The position numbers and the translations under genes are program-made. This document shows, piece by piece, positions 46,801 through 62,512 of a stretch of 64,000 nt of DNA. Where the stretch lies: positions 325,314,001-325,378,000 of the forward strand of contig OZ024741.1 of NCBI GenBank assembly GCA_964016885.1. Direction: 5' to 3'. Below the pieces are notes generated by a model. That model saw only the letters and a program-made list of their open reading frames with translations. It was not told where the DNA came from and ran no database searches. Positions within the stretch are counted from its first letter, which is position 1. Each line of letters begins with the position of its first letter. The DNA comes from Eledone cirrhosa. Its lineage: Eukaryota.

Positions 46801-49557
46801 TGAAAAGGAACTGGTAGCTAAAATAGAAGAGGCACTTAGGAATGGCAGTACAGCTGACGTGCTAGCGGCGAGAACGGCACTAGACCAGTTCTTCAACGTG
46901 AAACACGAAGGTTGTATTGTCAGAAGTAGAACAGGTGCTTTAAGAAACGAGGGAGCCAAAGATGTTAGCTGGGCCCGAGTGGCAGAGGCGAAAAATGGCA
47001 ACAAATCCACAATTCAGTCTTTGCAAGACAAAGATGGACGCATTATACTTGAATCCAAGCAGATGTGCGCAGCCTACCAGCAGCATTTTGCACAACTGTT
47101 CGGGCAAAGCGATACATCGAGCGAGGTGATGGACTTCAGCTCCTAATTCGACGGCGTACCGCGACTCTCGAGCACGGGTGCAGAGAGCTGCGAAAGGCCG
47201 ATCACAGCGGGCGAAATAGAAGATGCCCTAGGCCGCTGCGGGAAACGCAAATCACCCGGTTTAGATGGTCTACCCTATGAGTTTTACATAGGCATGCCAG
47301 ACTTGTACTCTGTCGTCCTCAAAGCCGTCTACTGCAACTGGCAGCAGAACGGGAGGATTCCCAGTACTGTAGGCAGAGGCGTAGTAATGCTGATCAGGAA
47401 AGATGAGAACAAGAGGGGGGGGGGTGAGATAAGTAATTTCAGGCCCATAACTCTGCTCAACACTGAGTTAAAGATTTTGGCCAAGGTGTTAGCAGCAAGG
47501 TGGCGCTTGTCGTCGAGAACCTGGTAGGGGAAGCCCAAACGTATGCAATCCCGACCAGGTCCATACACGACAACCTCCACCTCATGCGATACATCATAGA
47601 GATGGTACGGTGTAAACCTGGCTTTGGTGGGGGCTCTGATCAATTTAGATCAGTCTAAGGCATTTGATAGAGTCGACCATCAATACTTGGAAGCAGTTCT
47701 CAAGGCGGCCGGCTTCGGTCCCGTCTTCAGAAGCTGGAGCGCTGCCATGCACACCAGCATCTGTTCGGCAGTCAAGGTGAATGGCTACCTATCAGAGCCA
47801 TTCAAAATCATGCGTTCCATCCGTCAGGGATGCCCTCTCTTCTCCATTCTGTATGTACTGACTCTAGAGCCGTTACTGCGTAAATTGGGGCTGTTGCAGG
47901 GCATCCCGATCGAACCAGAACTGCGGAAAGCAGCGTCAGTCTATGCCGAGAACATAACCGTAATGGTGTCGAAAACCTCGGAAATCAGGGTAATCGGCAA
48001 CCTATTACAGGAATACGAAACGTTGACAGGAGCAAGACTAAACCCAAACAAGTCTGTCGGTTTGCAACTCGGCACATGGAGAGGCAAACCCATGCCTTCC
48101 GACAGTCTCGTTGGACGCTGGACGGAAGGACCGGTGAAATTGCTCTGGGTCTAGTTCGGTCCAGACCTCCAGGTGGACAAGAACTGGAACGAAGTCACGG
48201 CGAAGGTGTGTGCACTCACCCAGAAGTGGGTTGAGTGCAAACTCTTCTTGAAAGGTTGAGCGGAGGTGCCCAACACTTACATAACGTCCGTCATCTACTA
48301 CCGCTTGACAGTCGTGCCTTGCCCCCGCGAATACCTTACCAAAATGGAACGCCTACTCTTCAAGTTCCTCTGGAGAAAACAGGCTCCATTGGTGAGGAGA
48401 TCCATCTGCTGTCAACACCCTTATAACGGAGGGCTGGGTATGCCGTGGCTGATGATGCGCAAACATGCGCTGAGGCTACGCCATCTCCAGGTATTCCTGA
48501 CCGGTGAACCGGTGTGGCTGTCGTTTGTGAGACAAGCTCTTCCACAACTCGTCTCACTAACAGAGCTGCAGTCCTCGGTCAAGCGAAGACCGAAAATGGG
48601 TGCCTGGCACTTCGAATGCCTACAGGCGCTCACAGCCCTCTACCAAGCAGAAACCGCAATCTACTTCAACATTCTATAGGGGATTAGTGGAGGATAAGTG
48701 TGACGACGTTCTCGGGGAAACTCTAGGCATCGAGGAGGACGAACTGACCAGTCTGTTCGGGAGGATTTTCCGTCCAGGGCCTATGGACAACTTCCAGAGG
48801 TCTCTGGCCTGGCAGTGCTACCGAGGAGCTCTACCAGTTCGAGACAAAATCTACAGGCACGGACGCCCTGGCAGAGATCCTGCCAAAAGGACCTGTCCAA
48901 GATGCGAGCAGGACATCGAAACCGTTCTGCACGCAATTGTTCAGTGCCCAGGGGTGACCGACCTGTGGAATTATGTCGAACAGCTGCTCTCACGTGTGGG
49001 ACGCATCCAGTTGTCAGCCGAGTCCATCGTGAGGATCACCCCGCCGCCTTCATTTAAGAACGAAGGAGAGGCGGTTTTCCTGTCTGGTGGCTTTGGCGAA
49101 AGAGGTAGTATGGTGGACGAGATTAAAAGGACTGAGGGCAAACACCTTTCTCTCCGGACAACAACTTATCCCCTTCTTTAAGTATCACTTCAGAAGGAAG
49201 GTGAGAGTGGAGAGAGAGCTGCTACACCCCAGTAAATTCGCTGAAAGGTGGGTGAATGTGGCAAAAATGGCCTGAGTGAATGGGCCTGCTCTGTATAGAA
49301 ACCTGTAGGGTGAGGAAGATAAACAGAGGGAAGACAGGAACACGTACAAAACGTGTTCCTGGTGTTGAGGGTTGCTCTATCTACGGGGTGTAAAACAACC
49401 CTGCAGTAACGTTCCCCCTATTGGGGATTTCAATTGTTATTTTATTATATATAGTTTATTGTTATTTATTATTGTTAAAGTTATTTTTATGTAAAACCCC
49501 CGCCGTCACGTCTTGTAATGTGCAATTTTGTACGCCCCTGTGGCAGATAAAGAAAGA
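43871..49557 (+). mobile_element. Tx1-type copy E10 (older subfamily), full length and heavily degenerate
   Basis: 5' UTR; ORF1 44088-45974 with CYKCGKTTHLKAFC; ORF2 46015-49308 in many fragments; GATAAAGAAAGA end, then TATC 49558-49578. Confidence 0.92.
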
Positions 49558-49578
49558 TATCTATCTATCTATCTATCT

Positions 49579-50147
49579 TCCGGTTGACCACCGAGTCTAT
49601 TGTAATGATCAAGCCGCCTCCCCCCTTCAAAGATGAAGCAGAGGCGGTGTTTCTGTGCGTAATAGCCATGGCGAAAGAGGTTGTATGGTGGACGCGTCTG
49701 AAAGGACTGAGGTCAGGCACCTTTCTCTCTGGCCAACAACTGGTCCGTTTCTTCCGATATCATTTCGGAAGAAGGATCAGGATGGAGAGAGAGGTGCTGC
49801 ACCCCAGCCGTTTCTATGAAAGATGGGTGAAAGTGGCGAGAATGGCCCGTGTGAATGGGCCTTCACTCTACATCAGACTATAGGTGAGGAAGATGAAAGA
49901 CCAAGGGAGCACCCCTTCTCTGTGCTCCTGAGGAGAAGGGTTGCACACTTTTTTCGGGGGTGTGTGCGACCCCCCAAGGCGCCTCCTCTCTATTGAGGAT
50001 TTTGTTATAAATTTTATTTTTTGTTATATCTTATTTTATTTTTATATTTTGTTATTGCCTCCTCCTTATTGAGGACGCCTTTTTGTGTAAACTCCCCCCT
50101 TTGTACTTGTCCCACTTTTGATGCCCTAGTGGCAAATAAAAGAAACA
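49579..50147 (+). mobile_element. E11: severely 5'-truncated young subfamily-A copy
   Basis: Near-identical to E1 2062-2690; begins TATCT|TCCGG; followed by (TATC)n 50148-50224. Confidence 0.95.
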
Positions 50148-50224
<77 letters not shown>

Positions 50225-50274
50225 GTCTTTGTGTTGCCCCCTTTTCTTGTGCGCCCTTGTGGAAAATAAAGAAA
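50225..50274 (+). mobile_element. E12: ~50-bp extreme 3'-end fragment (E4-like subfamily)
   Basis: GTCTTTGTGTTGCCCCCTTTTCTTGTGCGCCCTTGTGGAAAATAAAGAAA resembles 13918-13967; TATC on both sides. Confidence 0.8.
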
Positions 50275-50480
50275 TCTATCTATCTGTATGTTTGCCTGTC
50301 TGTCTATCTATTTATATATGTATCTGTCTGTCTGTTTCTCAATCGATCTATGGATGAATCTGCCTGTCTGTCTCTCAATTGATCTATCTGCCTATCGTCT
50401 CTCCTTACGTCCGACCGTCTATCTATCTAGCTATCTATCGATTTATCTATCTGTCTGTCTGTCTATCTATCTATCTACCC
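50275..50480 (+). repeat. Degenerate (TCTA/TCTG)n tract at the 3' boundary of the second array
   Basis: Imperfect tetranucleotide repeats. Confidence 0.85.
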
Positions 50481-50739
50481 ATCCTCCCAACCAACGAATC
50501 AACCATCTGTCCTTTCAATCATCTTTCTTATCAGATAAAAACACAACAAAAAATAAAAACAACAAAAATGATACATTTGATTTTCAGAACGTCACCAACA
50601 TGAAGACAACAGAAATAAAAAAAAAAATGAAACATTTGAAAAATATCAAAGTAAAAACAAAAATTGATAAAAACTTGTGGTGAATCAATAGAAATTGTCA
50701 ATAGTAACAGTAGAGTACCCCATGTATCCCACCTAGCAT

Positions 50740-51200
50740 CTTCATCACACCACACCACCTCCATTTACATCACAGCCCAGCATCGACACTATACCACCTC
50801 TATCTCCCATACACCGCCTTCATCTCCATCACACCACCTCCATCTCCATCATACCACTACCCCATCTCCACCCCATCTCCACCACATCACCACCATCTAC
50901 ACCTCACCACATCCATCTATATCATACCAGCCCCATCTCCTTCATACCATCTCCATCTACACTACACCCCCAGCATCTGAATCACACTACCTCCATCTAC
51001 ACTAAACCCGTAGCATCTACATCGCATCCCCTCCATCTTTACTATACCATCTTCATCTACATCACACTACCATTGTCATCACCCCATCTCATCACCACCA
51101 CCACCATTACCACATCACCTTGCAACCCTTCTAACAACGGTAACAACAACAACAACAACAATAACGACAACGACAATAACAGCAACAACAATCTTTTCTT
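50740..51200 (+). repeat. Low-complexity CAC/CAT/AAC-rich degenerate repeats
   Basis: CACCATCTCCATCT-like units and (AAC)n. Confidence 0.7.
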
Positions 51201-52835
51201 CATAAGGCCCCTGAGGGCAATTGCATTCAATTTTATTCATACACACAATTACACGAAACCTTAAAATCTAGGGGTGGTGTTGGTGGTGGTTATGATGGAT
51301 GTGGTTGTTGTTGTTGTGTTTGTGGTGTTTGTGGTTGTGGTTGTTGTTACACAACGTGTGGAGATGAACAAAACAACATTTACAAAAGATAGAGAAAATA
51401 AAGAAGAACTGAAAGGTGATGGGCCAGTCAGGGGATGTTATATTCAAAAGCTGCAATCAAAATGGTTGCAACGGTTCCATTCTTGATTGGCTGTAATAAG
51501 AAAAAGAAAATTCATAAAAGTAGAAAAAATTTCCCCTCATAAAAATCGATTGCATCGTCATAGAGAGAAGTGATTCCTCTGCCCCAATATACCCATTGTT
51601 TAAATTATTGATCTAATGCTGTATTTCATTTTTTGTGTGTCTCTCTTCTTTCATCTTGTCTTCAGTTCCCTCCACCCCCACCTTTTCAGGCTTTATTTGA
51701 AGAAATTTCCCTTCCTTAGTTCCTTGGTCTTTAGTTCTTTCAAGTTGTGATGGTTTAATCAAATTTGAAAAAAAATCTATTGGTGATCCTTTCGTCAGAA
51801 CCAGAGCCTGGGTATTTAGCACCCTCGGTTAGCTCTACAATATAGGTCATCTATTTATACGCACCATTCTTCCTAAAATAAAATAATTTCAAGTTACAGT
51901 TCTGTAAGCTGACGAACCTAGTTTCCGACATTTCTTGCTTTCATCACACTAATAGAATTACTAAGCTTGCAATTACCATTATACAATCCACATTCATCCA
52001 CACATCTGCTTTGAATATTTCTAATGCCTGTATCCTCAGTGGTTGCTTAGTTGGCTTTAATGATAACGCCGACACTAATTCCAGTATGGGTATAGCTGTG
52101 ATGGTTAAAACGAACTAAAGTAGTAAAGAGTGACACTTTTAAATTAAGATATACCAACACATTCATTGTTTCCGTAACAATTGAAGAAAGACACTATCAT
52201 CATTGAACGAATATATTTGAGAATTTGAAAAAAAACTCAAATTGATACAACACTCACTTCAACGGGTTAAATGCATTAAAGATAAGACGAGTGAATCAAC
52301 AGTGAATCAACAGAGTAACTTCTATATGGTCCCACACAGAGTTAAAAAATAGCCGGCAATTCCCCTCATTGCTTTGTTTTTAACAAAACTGAAGACATTG
52401 AATAATGTAGTGCGAGACATTACACTGTTTCAATACAAGAAGGGTTGGTCACAACTGGAACGTCTTTTCATCGCAGTGTTTGCATCGTCAGAGTTAAGTT
52501 TGCGATACTGACAACAATAACGACAACACTACCAACAACAAAATAGCAACAACAACAACAAATATAGCAACAATACCAACAACTAATGCAACAATAGCTA
52601 CAAAAACAACACTACCAACACCATCACCACGACCACGACCACGACCACGACCACCACCAGCACCAACTACAACGACAACAACAACACCAACAAAAGCAAC
52701 AACAAGTGGTGCCATCTATTGAAGAAATGATGCATTATTAAATATCGAATTATATAAACGTTAGTTGCCTTGCAAATTGTCAGTTGAAAAGTTTTACCCG
52801 ATAATCCGACTTTAATACAAACTTTCTATAGAAAC

Positions 52836-52904
52836 TATGTATGTATGTATATATATATGTATATATATATGTATGTATATATATATATGTATATATATAT
52901 GTAC

Positions 52905-52969
<65 letters not shown>

Positions 52970-53054
52970 CTTACATACATACATATTCACACACAGACAC
53001 ACACACATATATATATGTGTCTCTGTGTGTATATGTATGTATCTATGTATGTTA

Positions 53055-53119
<65 letters not shown>

Positions 53120-53190
53120 TATGTATATATATTATGCATATATACATATATATGTATGTATATATGTATATACACACACACATATACATC
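52836..53190. repeat. Compound (TA)n/(CA)n/(TATG)n microsatellite
   Basis: Direct reading. Confidence 0.95.
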
Positions 53191-53620
53191 ATTATTGATC
53201 TCTGTTTAGGTATATTTGTACATTCTTTTCTGTTTTGTAAGATATATTTTTTCTTTAATTTTCCTTCTAATCACCATTGAGGACATCACCCATATAGTCG
53301 GTGTTGTAGCCATTACAGTTTTATGTGGTTTATAACATAAATGAGTTATAACATAAATGAGTATTTCACTCCTGATGGAGATCTAGGGGCGTTACCCTAC
53401 CATAGAGTCTATATTTTTCTTGGTGCAATACTTGCTTATATATATATATATATATATATATCAGGACTTCCAACATCGTGTCAAATAATATCAAATGCAA
53501 AAACAAAATATTACCTCTGATGATAACATATCAAATAATTATTGAGTAACTACTTTGATGTCTTTGAAATTTGTAATAAACCGAGAACGTATACGTGATA
53601 TCGTGTCTCTCTTCTCATTT

Positions 53621-53700
<80 letters not shown>

Positions 53701-54621
53701 GAGAGAGAGAGAGATTACATGAAACAAAGTTCTGTTTAAATCATTTATCTGCTTACAATTGTTTCTTCCAAACCGAGGTTTGGAGTCTTCGGAGCAATTA
53801 TTCAGCGATTTTTAACATACTTGACCTCCTTTTCAACACAAGAGACATATAGAAACATATGTATATATTGACCCACAGTGGGTTGACATCCATTATAATA
53901 ATATAGCATGGTAATTTACATACAAAGATTACAGTCATATTAAAGGACAAAATTAAAATAAAAATAAAAATAAAAATAAAACATTGGCAGTCTACTAAGA
54001 TAAAGCAAAAGGGAAGTTTGGAGTAGCCAGTGTATGCAACAGTCATACGTGTGGCATGCACGCGTGTCCTATTTATACAAGATTATAGTGCAGCAGATTG
54101 TTACAAGTAAAACAAGCAGTCAAAGCAGGCAATTAAGAGCATCATGGGGGTGAACTGGTTAAGCATTATTTACACACACACCTGTACGATATAGAAGCCC
54201 GTGTGTGGAGAAACACCAAAAATATCAAAAATATTACAAATGAGAAGCAAAACAGCACCACTGTCCTCGTACACACCATCACTCTCACAATCCAGGAAAC
54301 GCAATTTATAGACTACATGCCCATCTCACAATCCACGATGATTTAACATTGGGTGCCTGATGAACCATGCTAGAACATCACGGCTTGTCGTTCTTTAATT
54401 CGATTCATAGATCAGGTTGTTTTTGTTGTGAGAGATGACATCGTATTATATTCCGGAAGTGTCTATATAACTGCTCTGTAAAACAACTGTTGTTACATTG
54501 AGCTATTTATCATACTGGTAATAAGATAGTAATAAATTACTGTCTGTCACTATTTAGGGTATAATATATATATAACTATAAAAGGTTTTAGTATATACAT
54601 AACCATAAATAGTATCCTTAA

Positions 54622-54692
<71 letters not shown>

Positions 54693-54879
54693 GAACAACA
54701 ACAACAAAAGCAAAACAAAGATTACCAGGTAACTTACTTTTACTTTTCGTTACCTCATCTTACAGTCCATTTTGCATTGTTTAGCCTTCTATTTCTTTCA
54801 ACGTTATATATTATATACAATGCTTCAAGCAAACTACATTTTATTATATATATTGAACACACATACATACATATTTATA

Positions 54880-56827
<1,948 letters not shown>

Positions 56828-57165
56828 TAAAATTAGTCCTTCATCAGTGATCTTCCAACCTTCATTGGTATTTCATCGCTTTAAAGACCATATGCCTCCG
56901 GTTGGTGCGAGCAACGGCTAAAGAAAGTCGTTGGGACACGTAAATAAGGGGAACGAGCGAGACTGTAAACAATCAAAGATGGTAATGCAACGAAAAGTGA
57001 GGAAGAAGGAGTCAAGTCCCAGAAATCTATGAATATAAGTTCTGTGAAATCGTGGACGATATATATATATAAGCAAAAGGGATATTTAATTTGTTGGTAA
57101 TTCAACAAATATATATATTTATAACTGATTCGAAGCTCTCGGCAGTTTTTCTAGAGTATAATATC

Positions 57166-57392
57166 AATGATATTAATAAATGGAAACTATATTTATAAAA
57201 CCATATTTATTTTATTATATATATTTCAAGGGTACCAAAACTTTGGTACGCTCTTATCAGATAAAATACAAAGTTTGTTTTATAAATATTGACATATCCA
57301 GGAAGGAAGCGTACCAAAATGTTGGTACCCTTGAAATATATATAATAGAATAAATATGGTTTTATAAATATAGTTTGCATTTATTAATATCA

Positions 57393-57394
<2 letters not shown>
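57166..57394. repeat. Inverted repeat of degenerate hammerhead-bearing pseudo-LTR fragments
   Basis: 57166-57252 is the reverse complement of 57308-57394; minus strand reads ATTTTAT-CTGATAA-stem(GTACCAA/TTGGTAC)-GAAA-TATATATA-ATAAAAT. Confidence 0.8.
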
Positions 57395-57439
<45 letters not shown>

Positions 57440-57440
57440 A

Positions 57441-58146
57441 AAAACTAAAAAAGAAAATTTTCGCTCTACATGGCTGAATACAATAAATGTAATCTGAGTT
57501 TTTCGAATATTAATAATAACAATCGATTCGTTTGCAATTATGCAAACAAGCCTCAACTTTATAGCAATGACTGATCGGCCTGATTTGCATATTAGCAGAT
57601 ATCCTGATCAGTCAGATCTGCATATTAGCAGATCCACTGATCAACCAGATTTGCATATCAGCAGACTGGCCAGTCAGTTTCCTGTATACGAGCGATAAAT
57701 GGCCGGCTTTGCCAAATTTAAATAAAAAAGAAAATTTTCGCTCTACATGGCTGAAAACAATAAATGTAATCTGAGTTTTTCGAATATTAATAATAACATT
57801 CGATTCGTTTGCAATTATGCAAACAACCCTAAATTTTATAGCCATGTCAGTAGAATGAACCCTTCATTCTTGCTCTTGTGTTGGCATGTGAATAGAACTG
57901 CAGACACTAATGTTTCTGGGTATCACCCTTCATCAGTACAGCTCACTGTTCACCTGCCAAACTGTCAGAGCTAGTAAAAATATATGCTATTTTCAAAAAT
58001 ACACAGTGACTGATCACATGCCAACACAGGAGCAAGAATGAAGGGTTCATTCTACTGACATGGCTATAAAATTGAGGCTTGTTTGCATAATTGCAAACGA
58101 ATCGAATGTTATTATTTATATTCGAAAAACTCAGATTACATTTATT
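57441..58146. repeat. Direct plus inverted repeat cluster (~125-bp unit at ~57445, ~57722 and inverted at ~58014-58146)
   Basis: AATAAATGTAATCTGAGTTTTTCGAATAT..GTTTGCAATTATGCAAACAA occurs twice forward and once reverse. Confidence 0.85.
57895..57944 (-). ncRNA. Type I hammerhead ribozyme motif with GUC cleavage triplet
   Basis: GAGCTGTA-CTGATGA-AGGGT GAT ACCC-A-GAAAC-ATTAGT-GTC-TGCAGTTC; 8-bp stem I with G-U pairs. Confidence 0.8.
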
Positions 58147-58861
58147 ATATATAAACTTATTTATTAAAATAACAGATTAAAGTTTAAGCAGCGATTCTTT
58201 GCTTAAACTGTAATCTATTATTTTTCATAAATATTTTCTCTACGGGTTTTATATATTTATATATATATATAATCCTTATCGAGCCCTCTTCGGATTTTAG
58301 TCTTCACAATTATTATTGCTGTATATATATATATGTCTGCTGGGCACACAAGCAATGGGACGTGTGTTTTTTCCTGCTGGCAGCATATCAAACATATCGG
58401 ATATCATCATAACAACAACAAATGCATGAAGGGTTTCTCGATTGCATGGAGAACCATGGAAATCTAAACTACAATAAAATAAGGAGTGCGGGACTGCGTA
58501 CGGTTTATAATTTGTTATCCCATTAGTAAAATTAGTTGGATTATTTTGAATAAATAGTGAATGAATAGTAGATAATTTATCTACTCAATTTCGTTGCTGT
58601 TGATTAAATATATTTTATTGTTTATTTAAAAATTCTTCAAAATGTTCAAATGTCAACACTTCCGGTTTAATTTTCTCCTAATGCAGTTTATATATAATGG
58701 CGTGTTTTTTAATGTATCATGGATTACGTTACTGATTACATAAGAGAGTGTAACGCAGTCTTTGTTCAATTTCTGTGGATATTGTCAATTACGATTTTAT
58801 TTGATGTATCATATCTACATGCATATATACTTGCGTATATCAATATGCACACTACAAATGG

Positions 58862-58896
58862 TAGCAGAAAACCCCCTTCGGGTGGTTTTCTGCTAG
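58862..58896. other. Strong hairpin ending in CTAG; Helitron 3'-end-like
   Basis: TAGCAGAAAACC-CCC-TTCG-GGT-GGTTTTCTGCTA-G, followed by T. Confidence 0.45.
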
Positions 58897-59595
58897 TAAT
58901 TATAATGATTAAACGATCTATGTAACCTCAGCATCTTATTTTGTTATATATATATATATATATATATATACAAAATTAAGGTTTTCGCTCCAACATAGCA
59001 GTATACATAAAAGTATGTGTATTTTGCATATCTAATGATATACGGTTTCAAAAGTTTTTCAAATGTTTACGAATAAACATTTAAAAAACTTTTGTTATGA
59101 ATTTTGAAACTTATGGCATAGCTCCATCTATCGAATTCCAGCAGAAGGAAGAGATGGTAACTGTTGATGGTCGTTATCAAGGCAGTGGTCCCCTTATTCT
59201 GCTCCCCCTCTCTCTTTCTCTCTCTCGCTCTTTGTCTTTCTCTCTCTCTCTCCATCTCTCTCTCACCAGTACTGAATTGGTACTTTTAAAGGCAGTGAAC
59301 CAGAAAACAAATACCGAGGCGTTTTTAATCTGACGCTCTAACGATTCTGCCAATTCACCGCCCAGGTTATAAAACGATGAGAAAATAATATAGTAAAATA
59401 AAGATGTCAAAATAATATAGATATAAATAGATGTTTTGTTGTTGGTTTATATTAGTTATATTGCTTATCTTTTATAAACAGATTAGTTGAGGTACACAGG
59501 TTCGTCCGGGTAAACAGGTGATACAAGAAGACAGGTAGAAGAGAAAACGACTGTATTCGATGTGTTGTCTGGTTTACAGTATGGGGCGAGACCGT

Positions 59596-59604
<9 letters not shown>

Positions 59605-59669
<65 letters not shown>
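59605..59669. repeat. (GT)n microsatellite
   Basis: Direct reading. Confidence 0.97.
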
Positions 59670-59670
<1 letters not shown>

Positions 59671-60300
59671 CCTGGAATGAACAGCATCAATCTTAATTCA
59701 CCGAGAGTGTAATGATTTTCAGGGATTGACTGAGGAAAGGGGATTGTCCGTTTTTCAGTTGTGTGTGTGTATGTGACAAAAAGCACTAAACATTCTTCCA
59801 GATACTCTAAATTTTTCGTTTTATCATTCGTGCATAATATATGAAGATTTATATGTGTTCCCACTTGTGAAGAACAACCTGTATATAATTTCCCATGGAT
59901 AAAAACCAATTTTCTTACATTCAATCCAACAACTTTTAGTAAATAAACCCATAAATAGATAAAAAACAACAACACACACACACCCAGATTTAACGCATGC
60001 GCAAACTAAGCACACAACACACAAAAATAAGATGGTGTAGGAGAGAACAAAGGAGAGACACAAAAAATAAAAACCTAGTCACAGGAGGTCACAGAATGTG
60101 TGACGAAAAAGCTTTGACAAAATATAAACAACATTCCGGTTATCGAACTAACCGGAAACATATAACAAATTGAAGTGAAAACAACAGGGGCGTATCTTTT
60201 TATTGGCAGCATGACCCTCCCAAAGTATAACGATATCTGTTTCAACACACGTTTTCAGATAAGAAATCTCGCAAAATCAATTCAAAAAAACGCATTATAT

Positions 60301-60467
60301 ATCTATCTATCTAAGGCGGGTAAAATTCCCGAGATCCATGGACGAGTTCTCTCCAGCGGTCTCTGTCCCTCATTATCGCTGCCATGTCCTGCATCTCCAA
60401 CACACCAGTGTCTGTCCTTAGGGCATCAACATACGTTAATCTTGGTCTTACTCTTCTAGTGTGTCCA
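60301..60467 (-). mobile_element. 3' fragment of an RTE-type LINE with a short (TAGA)n tail
   Basis: RRVRPRLTYVDALRTDTG..MRDRDRWRELV fits the RTE C-terminal GRP..W/Y.D..DR..WR motif; stop runs into TAGATAGATAGAT. Confidence 0.7.
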
Positions 60468-61239
60468 TTATATATATATATATATATATATGTTAGACAC
60501 GCAGTGACGAACAACAAAATGTTTTAAGTCTGCATGTCTGACATATATGCGTAGCTTGTGAATAAAAAATTCAAGGGTTTTCGCTGGCCGTGGTGATCCT
60601 TGCCAAAGATCTTTTGTAATGTATCGTCTTATTGGCTAATTTCATCGTCTTATTGGCTAATAAACCAATGAGAGTAGTTGTTGCTCAAAGGCATCCGCCA
60701 CTTTGTTTGCACGTTTATTTATCGTTTCGCTTTCGAATCTTCCTCCTGTATTTCGTCGTTTATCATCAAAATATTTTTCTCGTTTTGGTAAGTTATATTG
60801 TTAATTTATATATAATTTTTTAAATTTATATTAACTATTTTTTTTTCAGTTCGTTATAACATGCTTATAATATTGGTTGTATCATATTTACTTGTATATT
60901 TTTCCATATTATTGTTCGTTTTATGTTAGATTATTTTATTATTATTATGTTAGATTATTTTTTTATTATTATGTTAGACTATTTGTATGTAATATTTAAT
61001 TTTTATTAATTCAACTATAACAATTATTATGTAAAATATATTTATTTAATATTGATCGTTTTTTGTAGTTGTTTATATTAAAAGTCTGAAAATATTTTTA
61101 TATATCTTACAATAATATTTATAAGATCATTTATAAAACAACAATTATATAATCTAATTACATTACAATGTTAATTTATTATTAATATATATCATGTTTA
61201 ACTAGAGTTATTACAAGCGTTGCCTCAAAAAAATATTAA

Positions 61240-61609
61240 ACTAGACCTGAAAAATGCGCAAGCTCAAAAGAGCCACAGAATGTTATAATAAACCTTCAAA
61301 AGTGTGGGACTAGAGTTGTTGCTCAAAAATATTGTAATCATTATCTATTGTACACTCTGTGGCATCCTTTTATAAAAAAGAGACTCATAACGAACTCAAG
61401 ACGACACGATAATTATTTAAGTGAATTTATAATATAGAATTCGGTTTAAGTGCATTTCGTATTAATCATTACTAAACATCTAATATGAGATATTGAACAT
61501 TAGCTTAAATAATTATAGTGTCGTCTAGTCCCACACTTTAGTCCCACACTTTTGAAGGTTTATTATAACATTCTGTGGCTCTTTTGAGCTTGCGCATTTT
61601 TTAGGTCTA

Positions 61610-61611
<2 letters not shown>
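61240..61611. mobile_element. MITE-like element with ~73-bp terminal inverted repeats
   Basis: 61240-61313 is the reverse complement of 61539-61611; AT-rich interior; no clear TSD. Confidence 0.65.
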
Positions 61612-61685
<74 letters not shown>

Positions 61686-62392
61686 AATGTATGTGTGTGT
61701 AAACTGGCGTTCGAAACACGACCACGAAACACGAGCGTTGATGACAACGCAGAGATAACCCCTTATGGTTCTCTTCCAGCCTGCTAGAAATAGTTGATGT
61801 TATAAAATGAGTATCAATAAACCTTTCTGGGTATTCCCTTATTCCATTGGTGTACTTACTTTTTGGTTGTCAGTTTTCGTTTCTGTGAGATGCGTAAATA
61901 CACCAGCCAACAAACATCTCTCTTATATTATATATACATATATATAGATGAGGTGAAAAGATAGGTAGATGTTTAAGAAGTGTATTATTTACACACGTTG
62001 CTATAAACCTCATATAGCCTCAATGACGCACTAAATCTTTATATAGTTTAGCAAACATTGAGGATTGCATTGGCATTCTTTATTGTTGTAGATCCTAAAT
62101 TATAAGCACTTGAAGTTTCTAAAGGAAACTGGATTAAGTTTAGAATCACAAAGATAAGCCCATAACGTGAACTGTTCCTTTTTAAAAGTATTTATGACAT
62201 CTGAAAGATAATTATTGTTATTTCAGTCATAGGATTGAAGATGTTTGAGCATATCAAATATTTGTGAATCTTGCAATAACAGAAACTCGGATCACCTGTA
62301 CTTTAGCGAAACACCTGTGAATGAGAATTCCATTGACTTTGAATGAGAAATACTCAAACATATTCCTGTAATCAAGCTCTGTGAAATGGGGT

Positions 62393-62512
62393 GGGGATGG
62401 CTTAGTGGTTAAGATGCTAGTCTGAAGATCATAAGATCTTGAGTTTGATTTTATTGGCGGCTCCTTGGAGCAAAACACAGTATTTACACCTTGCTCCAGT
62501 CCATTCAGCTGC
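62393..62512 (+). mobile_element. Degenerate tRNA-derived SINE of a second family
   Basis: Box A TGGCTTAGTGG, box B-like GAGTTTGATT, then CCTTGGAGCAA..TTGCTCCAGTCCATTCAGCTG. Confidence 0.6.

Noticed and set aside
54240-54425. Possible GIY-YIG remnant on the minus strand (HVVYKLRFLDC)
   Set aside because: Too short and interrupted by stops to support without a search.
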